This document shows, one piece after another, positions 48,664-57,568 of a DNA stretch of 64,000 bases. The notes beneath the pieces are model-generated. The model was not told the DNA's origin. It saw nothing but the letters and a program-made list of their open reading frames with translations, and made no database searches. Numbering within the stretch: position 1 is the stretch's first letter; the number at the start of each line of letters is the position of its first letter. This stretch comes from Nitrososphaerota archaeon. GTDB lineage: Archaea > Thermoproteota > Nitrososphaeria_A > Caldarchaeales > Calditenuaceae. The stretch is taken from assembly GCA_041641295.1 (NCBI GenBank), contig JBEPYO010000001.1:1472001-1536000 (forward strand). Reading direction: 5' to 3'. The translations under genes and the position numbers were made by a program.

Positions 48664-49149
48664 ATGAATGAGGCCGGTCAAATGGCCCGGCAGAGCACAG
48701 CCTTCAAGATTGGCTGGGTGCTTATGTTCGTAGCCTCGTTGGCAGCGATAGGTCTGGGGATCGTCATAGCTATTCCGACTCTAGACCCTGGTGCAGAACC
48801 CTTCATGCAAGCTTCCCTGCAAAACGTAAGGATGCAAAATCCTAAAGTGGCTGATTGGGTCTGGCACGAGAATAAGGAGTCGATAATAGGTTTCATCCTG
48901 TTGGGTGTAGCTAGCGCCTCCATGACGTGGAACGCTGTGAGGAGGGGTGAGAGGTGGGCTTGGGCCACCGTGCTTCTCATAGCCGTCGGCTACGGCATAC
49001 TCTACATGGTTATACATATATCGATAGCATACCTCACTTACATACCTGCTGCAATAACGCTCACCGTACTGATCATCATCGGAGGAGCAATGACAGCCAA
49101 GACCGTCTTCAGACGGGAGCAGGAGAAGCAACTGCCAAAACCCTCATGA
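48664..49149 (+). CDS. Four-TM membrane protein of unknown function
   Basis: Four hydrophobic helices, RRGERWAW loop motif. Confidence 0.7.
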   Translation: MNEAGQMARQSTAFKIGWVLMFVASLAAIGLGIVIAIPTLDPGAEPFMQASLQNVRMQNPKVADWVWHENKESIIGFILLGVASASMTWNAVRRGERWAWATVLLIAVGYGILYMVIHISIAYLTYIPAAITLTVLIIIGGAMTAKTVFRREQEKQLPKPS

Positions 49150-49251
49150 CACTAGAGGAGACGGGCTCAACGGACCGATTGGTATGCCGGTACTCATCTT
49201 CGTCGTGATGGTTCGTCAACTTTTTATACATGGTGAAGCGTTGTCTCTTGG

Positions 49252-50157
49252 TTGTCTACTTCTAGGGCCGGTGATAAGGCAGTTATTCAGTGGGTTTTTA
49301 TAACCGTGTCAGACATCGGCAAGTCCCTGCAATTTTATACTAGGGTCTTGGGGCTCTCTGTTCTTTCATGGCTGGGTGAGAGGGCTGTGCTGGGGGTCAC
49401 AGGTGGTCCGCCGCTCCTGATACTAAGGGAGAAGAGGGGCGCTCTGCCTAAGCCAGAGGACAGGCGTGGACTCTACCACTTCGCTATCCGCATGCCCTCT
49501 AGGCTGGAGCTTGCTAGAGTGTTTTTGAGGCTTGCAGAGTATTGGGAGATTGATGGCGCCTCAGACCATCTGGTGAGTGAGGCACTCTACCTCCGGGACC
49601 CCGACGGCCATGGTATTGAGGTCTATGCCGATAGGCCCTCCACAGGTTGGGGACGGGGGCATGGCGGGTTCATACGCATGGCTACGCTACCGCTCAACAT
49701 AGACTCGCTGCTAGGCGAGTTGAGGGGTGAGGGCAGGAAGGTAGCCCTTTCAGAGGACTGGAAGGCTCCACCAGGCACCAAAGTGGGTCACATACACTTA
49801 CACGTCTCGCGGCTTGAGAGGGCTGAGAAGTTTTACCATAGACTACTGGGCTTTGACATAACGTTTAGGCTGGGCGGCACAGCCATCTTCATGTCATACG
49901 GAGGCTATCATCACCACATAGGTGCCAACACCTGGGCAGGCGTGGACGCGCCGCCACCCTCGGAAGAGCATGTAAAGCTGGAGAGCTTTGCCATAAACCT
50001 TGGCAGCTCTGACCGGCTCCGCGAAGTGAGGGCTCGGCTGGTGGAGAATGGTGTCGCCGTTAATGATGGGTTGGTGAACAGCCTAGAGGGCTTCGTCGGC
50101 TACACTGTGAGGGACTCTGACGACAATCTGGTGGAGCTGGTAGTACCACGAATATAG
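49252..50157 (+). CDS. Two-domain VOC protein, CatE (catechol 2,3-dioxygenase-like) family
   Basis: GLYHFAI..P, GASDHLVSEALYL.DPDG.GIEVY.DR, GHIHLHV, GGYHHHIGAN.W. Confidence 0.88.
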   Translation: MSTSRAGDKAVIQWVFITVSDIGKSLQFYTRVLGLSVLSWLGERAVLGVTGGPPLLILREKRGALPKPEDRRGLYHFAIRMPSRLELARVFLRLAEYWEIDGASDHLVSEALYLRDPDGHGIEVYADRPSTGWGRGHGGFIRMATLPLNIDSLLGELRGEGRKVALSEDWKAPPGTKVGHIHLHVSRLERAEKFYHRLLGFDITFRLGGTAIFMSYGGYHHHIGANTWAGVDAPPPSEEHVKLESFAINLGSSDRLREVRARLVENGVAVNDGLVNSLEGFVGYTVRDSDDNLVELVVPRI

Positions 50158-50232
50158 ATTTGTTCCGGGCGAAGACTCATGGGAAAAGTGTATGCGACTA
50201 AATCAGAGGATCCACTAGACGACGATTAGGGA

Positions 50233-50676
50233 TCACGATCTCTTACGTATTCCTGGTAGTTTTAGTGGTATGAATTTGAGTCCTAGACTCTTGGCGAGGC
50301 TCTGTATTGCATAGTCGTCAGTGACGACGTATACTTCTTCGAAGTTTTTTGCTAGGTCTAGGGCTGTTGCGAGTATCGACTCGTCTGTTTCTGATATTTC
50401 GTAGCCTTTCTTTCGGGCTATTTCCTTTGCGGCTGTTAGGGCTTCGGTGGAGGGTTGTATTGTTTTGATGATGCCTGCGGCCAGCATGGCTTCCAGCCGG
50501 GCTACCTGTATCTCTCCGTAAACCACCTCCTTGATGGCTAGGTCTGTGGTGTAGAGGTTTGCTCCTCCTCTGAAGCCCAGTATGAGGGCTGCAGTGTCTA
50601 GGACGTAGGCTCTCTTAGAGTCCGAGCCTCCTCCTGATCCTCTTTTCAAGGAGTGAGACCCCTGACGTCCTGACAA
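50233..50676 (-). CDS. Nob1-like PIN-domain ribonuclease (no C-terminal Zn ribbon)
   Basis: YVLDTAALI, YTT....EV, ISETD..ILA.A, VTDDYAIQ.LA..LGL; overlaps NAD kinase end, start uncertain (50676 or 50649). Confidence 0.78.
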   Translation of the reverse strand: MSGRQGSHSLKRGSGGGSDSKRAYVLDTAALILGFRGGANLYTTDLAIKEVVYGEIQVARLEAMLAAGIIKTIQPSTEALTAAKEIARKKGYEISETDESILATALDLAKNFEEVYVVTDDYAIQSLAKSLGLKFIPLKLPGIRKRS

Positions 50677-51409
50677 GTACGGTGCTGTAGCGGGACTTTG
50701 TAACCGTTATCTCGCCGCTTTCAAACTCGCGCCTGATTAGTCCGTCAATCACCACACAGAAGGGGCCTCTCTTCCCCCTCATGAATATCATCCTGTGGGC
50801 TGAGAAGACCATTGGCCTGATGTTGGTGATTGGGGCGACGGGTGTGGCGATTATTAGTTCCAGCTCTTCGTCTACGAGCGGTCCTCCTAGGGATGTGTTG
50901 TAGCCTGTGGATCCTACGGGTGTTGAGAAGACCATGCCGTCCGCGACTATGTTTTGGAGTCTGAGCCTCTCAACCTCTAGGTCAAACTCAACCACCTTGC
51001 CGGGCGAGGAGTTTGAGATGTATGCCTCGTTTACCACGTCTGATACGAGTTCGCCATCGATTGATATGTCAAGTCTCATGAACCTATCCAGCTTGTAGTT
51101 TCCCACGAGCAGGGACTTCACGGCGTGATCGGCCTCTGCCGGCGTGACGTCGGCGAGATAGCCCCCCCTCCCATAGGATATTGCGAGCACGGGGGTCTCG
51201 GGATCCTCAAGCGAGTGGATCGAGGAGAGTATAGTGCCGTCTCCCCCGAGTACTATTAGGAAGTCGCAGCTCAGGGGCCCCACCCCCTTCATACCCTCCG
51301 CCTCGTAGAGATCATATTCGCAGCCATGTTCTTGGAGTATTTTTCTTAGCTCGGCCGCCTTGCTCTCAGCCCCCACCTTGTCTCTTCTATACACTACTAT
51401 AACATACAA
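50615..51409 (-). CDS. nadK: NAD(+) kinase
   Basis: LGGDGTIL, VNE, ADGMVFSTPVGSTGY..S.GGP, IDG. Confidence 0.93.
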   Translation of the reverse strand: MYVIVVYRRDKVGAESKAAELRKILQEHGCEYDLYEAEGMKGVGPLSCDFLIVLGGDGTILSSIHSLEDPETPVLAISYGRGGYLADVTPAEADHAVKSLLVGNYKLDRFMRLDISIDGELVSDVVNEAYISNSSPGKVVEFDLEVERLRLQNIVADGMVFSTPVGSTGYNTSLGGPLVDEELELIIATPVAPITNIRPMVFSAHRMIFMRGKRGPFCVVIDGLIRREFESGEITVTKSRYSTVLVRTSGVSLLEKRIRRRLGL

Positions 51410-51481
51410 CTCCTCCCCGCTATTGTTCTGCCGTCTGATAAAGCCATCGCCACCTTTTTCTCGGCACTAACCTGCGCTCAT

Positions 51482-52636
51482 TTAGGGTTCTCCAGCCATG
51501 CCGGTCTTTTTGAGGAGTGTGTATGCGCCTGCGGGTGTTAGGGGGGCGTGGTGTAGTATGGTGTATCTCTCTGGGCGGAGGTTTTTGCACTCAAGCAGGG
51601 CTTTGACTGCAGCCTCTTCAGAGACCTCTATGTCTGCGATGCTTGTTGGTGCTCCTGCCCGCCTGAGGTATCCCCTCAGATCTTGGAACGTCAGCTCGAA
51701 TCCCTGTTGTGGTGGATAGTCGAAGTCCTCATACCTCGCAGCCATCAATATTGCGCCTATCCCCACCTGTTCGCCATGCAGTCCGACCCCCTCTCCCACC
51801 ATGTCGAGATAGTGGGAGAAGAGATGCTCCGCCCCTGAGCACGGCCTGGAAGACTCCGCGAGGGCCATAGCGAGCCCACACTTCACTGCCGCGGATGCGA
51901 GGGGTAGAACGTCTCTGCAACCCTCGTCGATGAATCTCCTAATGTCGAGAAGGGCGGATACGGTGAGGTTGAATGTTGTCTTGCAGAAGTATTCATCTTT
52001 GACGAGGTGGCCGAGAAGCCAGTCCCTCAGGGAGGTTGTCTTTGCGAGGATGTCGGCGCAGCCTGAGGAGATGAGTCTTTTGGGGGAGAGCTTAATCAAA
52101 GGCTCTGTTATCACCACCGTCTGAGGAGGCGTGGCCATTAGGCTGGTCCTCCTGGAGCCGAGCAGGATCGATGCAACTGGCGAAGCGATACCATCGTGAG
52201 AGATGGTTGTGGGTATGGAGATGAATGGTATGCCCAGCCTGTGGGCCGCATATTTGCAGACATCTATGACCGTGCCACCTCCGACAGCTACAGCCAGAGA
52301 ACAGTTGGAGGCAGCCCTCTCGAGCTCCGAGACCGTCCCAATATCCGCCCTCTCCGCCTCAAACACTATCGAGTCATGGCCATGCTTGGTGAAATGTGCT
52401 TTAACGAGCTCGCCCGCAATTGTGCGCGTCCTCGGTCCAGTCACCACAACCGTTGGACCCCGCTGATCAAAACCTCCAGTAACTAGGTCTAGAAGCTCGC
52501 CAAGTGAGTCGCCAAAAAAGACTTGGCGCGTTGCGACCCTGTGTACTCTGCCGCAGCTACAGTCAAATTCCTCTCCGAGCCTAATCTCCGGGATAGTCAG
52601 CAAGGAGGATGGCATGTAGGAGCTAAAGCTTCTCAT
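51482..52636 (-). CDS. egsA: sn-glycerol-1-phosphate dehydrogenase
   Basis: GGGTVIDVCKY, PTTISHDGIASP, D.LAK.T...DW, SSRPCSGAEHLFSH, HGEQVG, RPERYTIL. Confidence 0.92.
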   Translation of the reverse strand: MRSFSSYMPSSLLTIPEIRLGEEFDCSCGRVHRVATRQVFFGDSLGELLDLVTGGFDQRGPTVVVTGPRTRTIAGELVKAHFTKHGHDSIVFEAERADIGTVSELERAASNCSLAVAVGGGTVIDVCKYAAHRLGIPFISIPTTISHDGIASPVASILLGSRRTSLMATPPQTVVITEPLIKLSPKRLISSGCADILAKTTSLRDWLLGHLVKDEYFCKTTFNLTVSALLDIRRFIDEGCRDVLPLASAAVKCGLAMALAESSRPCSGAEHLFSHYLDMVGEGVGLHGEQVGIGAILMAARYEDFDYPPQQGFELTFQDLRGYLRRAGAPTSIADIEVSEEAAVKALLECKNLRPERYTILHHAPLTPAGAYTLLKKTGMAGEP

Positions 52637-52734
52637 CTACGCGGCTTAAAAATCATAACTCTCGGCCTAACCCAACATGAGGGTTTGTATCACGACATGT
52701 TAATCATTTATATCCGCTCCGACACTCTAAACAT

Positions 52735-53700
52735 ATGTCCAGAAACACGGGTGAAGCTAAGCGTTTTTATCCGGCAGACTCCCTCAAATCTCCCCGCTTC
52801 ACCGGCCCCTACACCTTTGCGAGACTACCACACACAAGGGATCTGGATGGGGTCGACACACTGTTTATAGGAGTCCCCTTTGACGGGGGTGTTGTTTTTA
52901 GGCCTGGTGCTAGGTTTGGTCCGGCGGCAGTTAGGCAGGCCTCGCTACTTCTACGCCTCTACAATCCATACCTCAGGGTTAAGCCCTTTGACGTCCTTAA
53001 CGTGGCAGATTATGGGGACATAAACATCGTGCCCAGCAGTGTAGAGTCTACGTATCAAGCCATCTCGCATGAGCTAGAAGCCGTCCACAGGAGGAGGATA
53101 ACGCCTGTAGTATGCGGCGGAGACCACTCGATCACCCTACCGCTGCTTAGGGAGGCGTCAAAGGCCTATGGGAAGCTGGCCCTCATCCACATTGACGCCC
53201 ATCTAGACATGGTTGATCAACACTTCTCCCAGAAATACACCCATGGGACCGTCTTCAGAAGGGCATATGAAGAGGGCCTCATAGACCCGCACAGCTCGGT
53301 TCACGTGGGGATTAGGGGCAGCCTCTTCTCCGAGGACGAGATAAGCGAGACAGAGTCTCTCGGCTTCCAAGTCATAACCATGAGGTCAATCGAGGAGATG
53401 GGCATAGAGGCTGTCTGCGACCAGATTAGGCGGAGGGTTGGCGGTGGAGTCGCGTACCTGTCATTCGACATAGACGCCTGCGACCCCTCATGCGCGCCCG
53501 GGACAGGCACACCAGAAATAGGCGGCCTCTCTTCTAGGGAGGCGCTAAGGCTCTTACACGGCCTCGCAGGCCTAGAGTTCGTGGGCTTCGACTTGGTTGA
53601 GGTATCCCCTCTATACGATCACGGAGAGATAACCGCATTCCTAGCCGCCAACATAATCTACGAGTTCCTATCCCTCAAAGCCTTAACAAAGAGTGGATAA
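52735..53700 (+). CDS. speB: Agmatinase / ureohydrolase
   Basis: PRF.G..TF.RLP, RPGARFGP, GGDHS, DAHLD, HGT, SFDIDACDP..APGTGTPE.GG. Confidence 0.85.
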   Translation: MSRNTGEAKRFYPADSLKSPRFTGPYTFARLPHTRDLDGVDTLFIGVPFDGGVVFRPGARFGPAAVRQASLLLRLYNPYLRVKPFDVLNVADYGDINIVPSSVESTYQAISHELEAVHRRRITPVVCGGDHSITLPLLREASKAYGKLALIHIDAHLDMVDQHFSQKYTHGTVFRRAYEEGLIDPHSSVHVGIRGSLFSEDEISETESLGFQVITMRSIEEMGIEAVCDQIRRRVGGGVAYLSFDIDACDPSCAPGTGTPEIGGLSSREALRLLHGLAGLEFVGFDLVEVSPLYDHGEITAFLAANIIYEFLSLKALTKSG

Positions 53701-53720
53701 AAAATTGTGGTGAGTGGGTG

Positions 53721-55208
53721 CTAATAGCTCAGTTTCAGGATGCTCTTCCACTCCTTCGTTAGCTCGGTTGTCGCAGTCACCTCGTCAACATTCCCCGCGA
53801 CATACTCTGTAATCCACTTGGCGATCGAATCCTCCAGCATCGGGTTCTCAGGCACATAGTTTCTGAACCCTGCCTTGAGCAGCGATTCTAGGAATACCTC
53901 CTTGAATATTCCAGGATACTTCGGGGCCAGGGACTCTATCACACTCTTCCTCCCAGGGAAGGAGGAGGCAACATTCCACTGCTTCACAGCAGACTCTGGC
54001 AGAACCAGGAACTGGGTGAACAGCCATGCTTCCCGTGGATTCTTCGAGTACCTGCTTACACCTATCTGCCAAGTACCGTCGATCGGGACTCCAGGCGCTG
54101 GGGAAACCCATATCTTACCCGCAGTCTCAGGATAGTTCTGAGCCCCCTTCTCGATGAAGTCTATGAAGGTAGAGGCCCATGAGCCAGCCCACATAGCTGC
54201 TTTTCCCCTACCCAAGAGCTCCATACACTCAGACCACTCAGTCTGCGTGGCGTTCGGGACATAGTTGCAGAGCTCCTTGAACAGCCTAGTGATCTTGATT
54301 CCCATATCGGTTATCTCTGGGTCGAAGGCTATCCTGCCATCCTGTGTGAAGAGGTCACCCCACGGCTCAACCGGCTGACCAAGCTTAGCAATACCCTCAG
54401 GCGACCTCCTCCACTGGGCAAAGAGCCAGGCGTACTCCCAATGGATCGTGTGTGTCCTCATGGCCATAAATGCGTTTCCAGCTTCGACCGGTGAATCAGG
54501 GTTGTATCGCTTCGTGAAGAAACGTCCTATTGCTAATACGTCTTCAAGGGTCTTGGGGACGACTAGGCTTGTTGGAATCTTCTTGGGGTCGAGCCCTAGG
54601 TCCGGGGCCATTGACTGTAGGTCTGAGAGGTTCCTGTCAATCCACTTGCTGTACATGTCCTTTATCTTGGAGTCTTCCCACAGGTCTCTCCTGTAAAACA
54701 TTGCCATCACGTTGGCCGTGATGACATATCCAATCCTCTTTCCTTCCCAATGCATATATCGCCGGTCGATGGTCTCTAGGAAGTCAGCATAATCCTCACT
54801 CTTTAATATCTCCGCATCAGGGTAACGGGACCTGAGTTCTTCGATTGGGTAGAGGTGCGGGCCGAAAGCACCTGTGTAGATGCAGTCCCACATGTAGACA
54901 TCGTACTCGCCCGCCCTAGTTGCGAAGTCGTGTAGCTGTCTATCCCTGCCCGTCTCCCAGTCAAAGAGGAGGAGCTCGACCTCAATATTCGGGTACTTTA
55001 TCTTAAAGTCCTCCTCTGCGACGGCCTTCATTCCGGGGGCTGAGTGTGCAATAGCGACGACTCTAATCTTCTTTTGAGTCGGCTGGAGTGAGCTCCATGC
55101 ATAAAGGCCCGCGCCTGCAGCCACAGCAGCGATCGCGACGCCTATCCCAACCTTCGCCGCGGTGGAGATGGCTTCACGCCTGCTGATAAGCTCTTTTAGG
55201 TCGGCCAT
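53721..55208 (-). CDS. Carbohydrate (CUT1) ABC transporter substrate-binding protein with twin-arginine signal/anchor
   Basis: SRREAISTAAK plus hydrophobic helix; YDV...D, FYRRDL, PKT, GKAAMW, VSRYSKNP..AW.F. Confidence 0.85.
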   Translation of the reverse strand: MADLKELISRREAISTAAKVGIGVAIAAVAAGAGLYAWSSLQPTQKKIRVVAIAHSAPGMKAVAEEDFKIKYPNIEVELLLFDWETGRDRQLHDFATRAGEYDVYMWDCIYTGAFGPHLYPIEELRSRYPDAEILKSEDYADFLETIDRRYMHWEGKRIGYVITANVMAMFYRRDLWEDSKIKDMYSKWIDRNLSDLQSMAPDLGLDPKKIPTSLVVPKTLEDVLAIGRFFTKRYNPDSPVEAGNAFMAMRTHTIHWEYAWLFAQWRRSPEGIAKLGQPVEPWGDLFTQDGRIAFDPEITDMGIKITRLFKELCNYVPNATQTEWSECMELLGRGKAAMWAGSWASTFIDFIEKGAQNYPETAGKIWVSPAPGVPIDGTWQIGVSRYSKNPREAWLFTQFLVLPESAVKQWNVASSFPGRKSVIESLAPKYPGIFKEVFLESLLKAGFRNYVPENPMLEDSIAKWITEYVAGNVDEVTATTELTKEWKSILKLSY

Positions 55209-55316
55209 GGTTTTTCGGATGTAGTGGACTCTTATTGTGATATAAGCTTTTCCACAAGTCTTTTATGTGTAGTGGAGTTGACTTTTATATTCCACGCCAA
55301 GTTTTAAGTTGCTGAG

Positions 55317-56216
55317 TTGGGGAGCAGGGGTTCTGGTCTCCTATTCATAGCTCCGGCGACTGTTTACTTGGTGGCTTTAGTCATTTATCCGACAGTGTAT
55401 CTCTACTACATGATCTTCCACTCCCTCAATCCTCTTTTCGACGTTACGCCGAGGTTTGTGGGTCTTCAAAACATCTTCACGTTACTGCAGGACCCCGATG
55501 CATCATACGCCATACTAGCTATGCTGCTGTTGACGGGGATCACGGTCCCTGTTCAACTTGCTCTCGGATCACTTTTAGCATTGCTATTCACCTCCCCACA
55601 CCTGAGGGGTAGGCTGCTCCTCCGATCCATAATGCTAATACCGCTGAGCATACCAGCTGTGATAGTTGGTCTAAACTGGAAGATGATCTTCTTCACATAC
55701 GGGCCGCTGAACACCTTCCTCAGCTCAGTCGGGCTCGAGCCGCAGCCATGGCTTAGCGCGCCATTTGGCCACCCGTTCAACACATTCTTCGTCCTAGCAG
55801 TTCTAGACGTATGGCAATGGACCCCCTTTGTTGCCTTAGCTGTTGCTGCTGGCATAGAGAGTATACCACCCTACATACAGGAAGCTGCAGCGCTTGATGG
55901 TGCAACGCGTCTCCAAATGATCAGGCATATAGTTTTTCCACTTAGCAAAACTGTAATAATCATCGTGTTGTTGTTTAGGCTCATCGATTCTTTAAAGATC
56001 TTCGACATAATCTACATGCTGACATTCGGCGGGCCTGGAAACATAACAACCACTCTGCCGTTCTACATCTATAAGGTTGGCTTCACTTTGACTGCAGCTA
56101 AGGCTGATATCGGATATGCCTCCCTTCTCGCAGTAATTCTTCTCCTGATAGCGACTTTCCTCGTCATGTTTGTTTTGACGCGGGTTCTGAACGTTAGACG
56201 GGTGGTGTGGGAGTGA
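55317..56216 (+). CDS. Carbohydrate ABC transporter permease (MalF-like)
   Basis: FVGLQN, DVWQWTPF, EAAALDGA, FD.IY.LT.GGPG..T, GYAS. Confidence 0.92.
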   Translation: MGSRGSGLLFIAPATVYLVALVIYPTVYLYYMIFHSLNPLFDVTPRFVGLQNIFTLLQDPDASYAILAMLLLTGITVPVQLALGSLLALLFTSPHLRGRLLLRSIMLIPLSIPAVIVGLNWKMIFFTYGPLNTFLSSVGLEPQPWLSAPFGHPFNTFFVLAVLDVWQWTPFVALAVAAGIESIPPYIQEAAALDGATRLQMIRHIVFPLSKTVIIIVLLFRLIDSLKIFDIIYMLTFGGPGNITTTLPFYIYKVGFTLTAAKADIGYASLLAVILLLIATFLVMFVLTRVLNVRRVVWE

Positions 56217-56219
56217 GGG

Positions 56220-57074
56220 GTGTTGGGATTGGATAGGAGGGTTTTAGGACTCGTCATCACGCTTGGCGCATGGAGCCTCGGAGCCATATACCTGCTCCCC
56301 TTCATATGGATGATAGGCACTTCTTTCAAGCCTATAGGCGAGTGGGGGCTGCCCACACTCCTACCCGAAAACCCCACAGGCCAGAACTACCTAGAGATCC
56401 TAGTCACTGGCGGTGTATATGGCGTTAGAGGACACTTCCCTCCGATATTGAGATATCTCCTAAACAGTGTCGTGGTCTCTGTAACTGTTGCAATCTTGAC
56501 AAGCCTCTTAGGCGCATTTACCGCCTATGGCATTCTCAGATACCGCGCGGGCGGCACATTCTTCGCCAACTGGATCCTAAGCCTCCGAATGATACCACCA
56601 GTCGTAATACTCTATCCCCTAGTCGTCCTAACGAAAACTATAGGGCTCTATAACACCCTTGGGGGACTAATATTCGTCTACCCGGTGATAACTCTGCCCA
56701 TAGTCACTTGGTTCATGATTGGTGCCTTCAAGAGTGTGCCGAGGGAGACTGAGGAGGCTGCGATGCTTGATGGCTGCACTCCATTCCAAGTCTTCATGAA
56801 GATCGCGCTTCCACAGGCCTCTATAGGGCTCGCTACCTCGGCGATATTCGCCTTCCTCTTCAGCTGGTCCGAGTTTCTGATTCCGCTCCTCCTAGCGCCC
56901 AGCGAGAGCGCCATGCCACTCACAGCATTCGCCGGCTACTTCTCAAACCAGTACGGAATCTTGTGGGGGCCGCTCTCAGCCGCAGCCGTGATAATCTCGC
57001 TACCCGTAATAGTGATAGCGATAATGATCCAGAAGTATCTGATCAGGGGACTTACGCTCGGCTTCATACGCTAA
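56220..57074 (+). CDS. Carbohydrate ABC transporter permease (MalG-like)
   Basis: TSFKP, NS..VS, RMIPP, EEAAMLDG, F.FSWSEF, QKYLIRGL. Confidence 0.92.
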   Translation: MLGLDRRVLGLVITLGAWSLGAIYLLPFIWMIGTSFKPIGEWGLPTLLPENPTGQNYLEILVTGGVYGVRGHFPPILRYLLNSVVVSVTVAILTSLLGAFTAYGILRYRAGGTFFANWILSLRMIPPVVILYPLVVLTKTIGLYNTLGGLIFVYPVITLPIVTWFMIGAFKSVPRETEEAAMLDGCTPFQVFMKIALPQASIGLATSAIFAFLFSWSEFLIPLLLAPSESAMPLTAFAGYFSNQYGILWGPLSAAAVIISLPVIVIAIMIQKYLIRGLTLGFIR

Positions 57075-57114
57075 CCGATAAAGGTTAATAGCTGCATCCA
57101 CCACTGTCTAATAT

Positions 57115-57555
57115 ATGACAGATACAAATATCCCCAGCGACGGCTTAACAGATGATGAAGTCAAGGAGATTCTCGTGAAGTCTAAGAGGATCGCCGTCGT
57201 GGGGATGTCGCGTGATCCCCAGAAGGCCGCCAACTTTGTTCCGAGATACCTGATCTCGAAGGGGTATATTGTTTTTCCAGTGAACCCGTCGGCCACTGAG
57301 ATTCTGGGGCTGAAGTCCTACAGGAGCCTTTTAGAGCTTGATACGGTTGTTGATGTGGTTGATGTTTTTAGGCCGTCTGAGGAGGTGTTGGGTGTGGCGG
57401 AGCAGGCGCTCAAAATCAGGCCGAAGGTCTTCTGGATGCAGGAGGGAATCTACAACGAGGCGGCTGCCAAGCTCCTAGCGTCTAACGGGATAAAAGTTGT
57501 GTGGAACAGGTGCATGATGCGGGAGCACATGAGGCTCCTCGGCTCTGGGAGGTAG
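57115..57555 (+). CDS. CoA-binding domain protein (YccU-like)
   Basis: IAVVG.S..P, PVNP, VDVVDVFRP, WMQEG, NRC. Confidence 0.92.
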   Translation: MTDTNIPSDGLTDDEVKEILVKSKRIAVVGMSRDPQKAANFVPRYLISKGYIVFPVNPSATEILGLKSYRSLLELDTVVDVVDVFRPSEEVLGVAEQALKIRPKVFWMQEGIYNEAAAKLLASNGIKVVWNRCMMREHMRLLGSGR

Positions 57556-57568
57556 GCGCTGACTCTCA

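Noticed and set aside
49150-49251. Possible C/D box sRNA in the intergenic region
   Set aside because: Only degenerate box-like words; no RUGAUGA/CUGA pair at proper spacing
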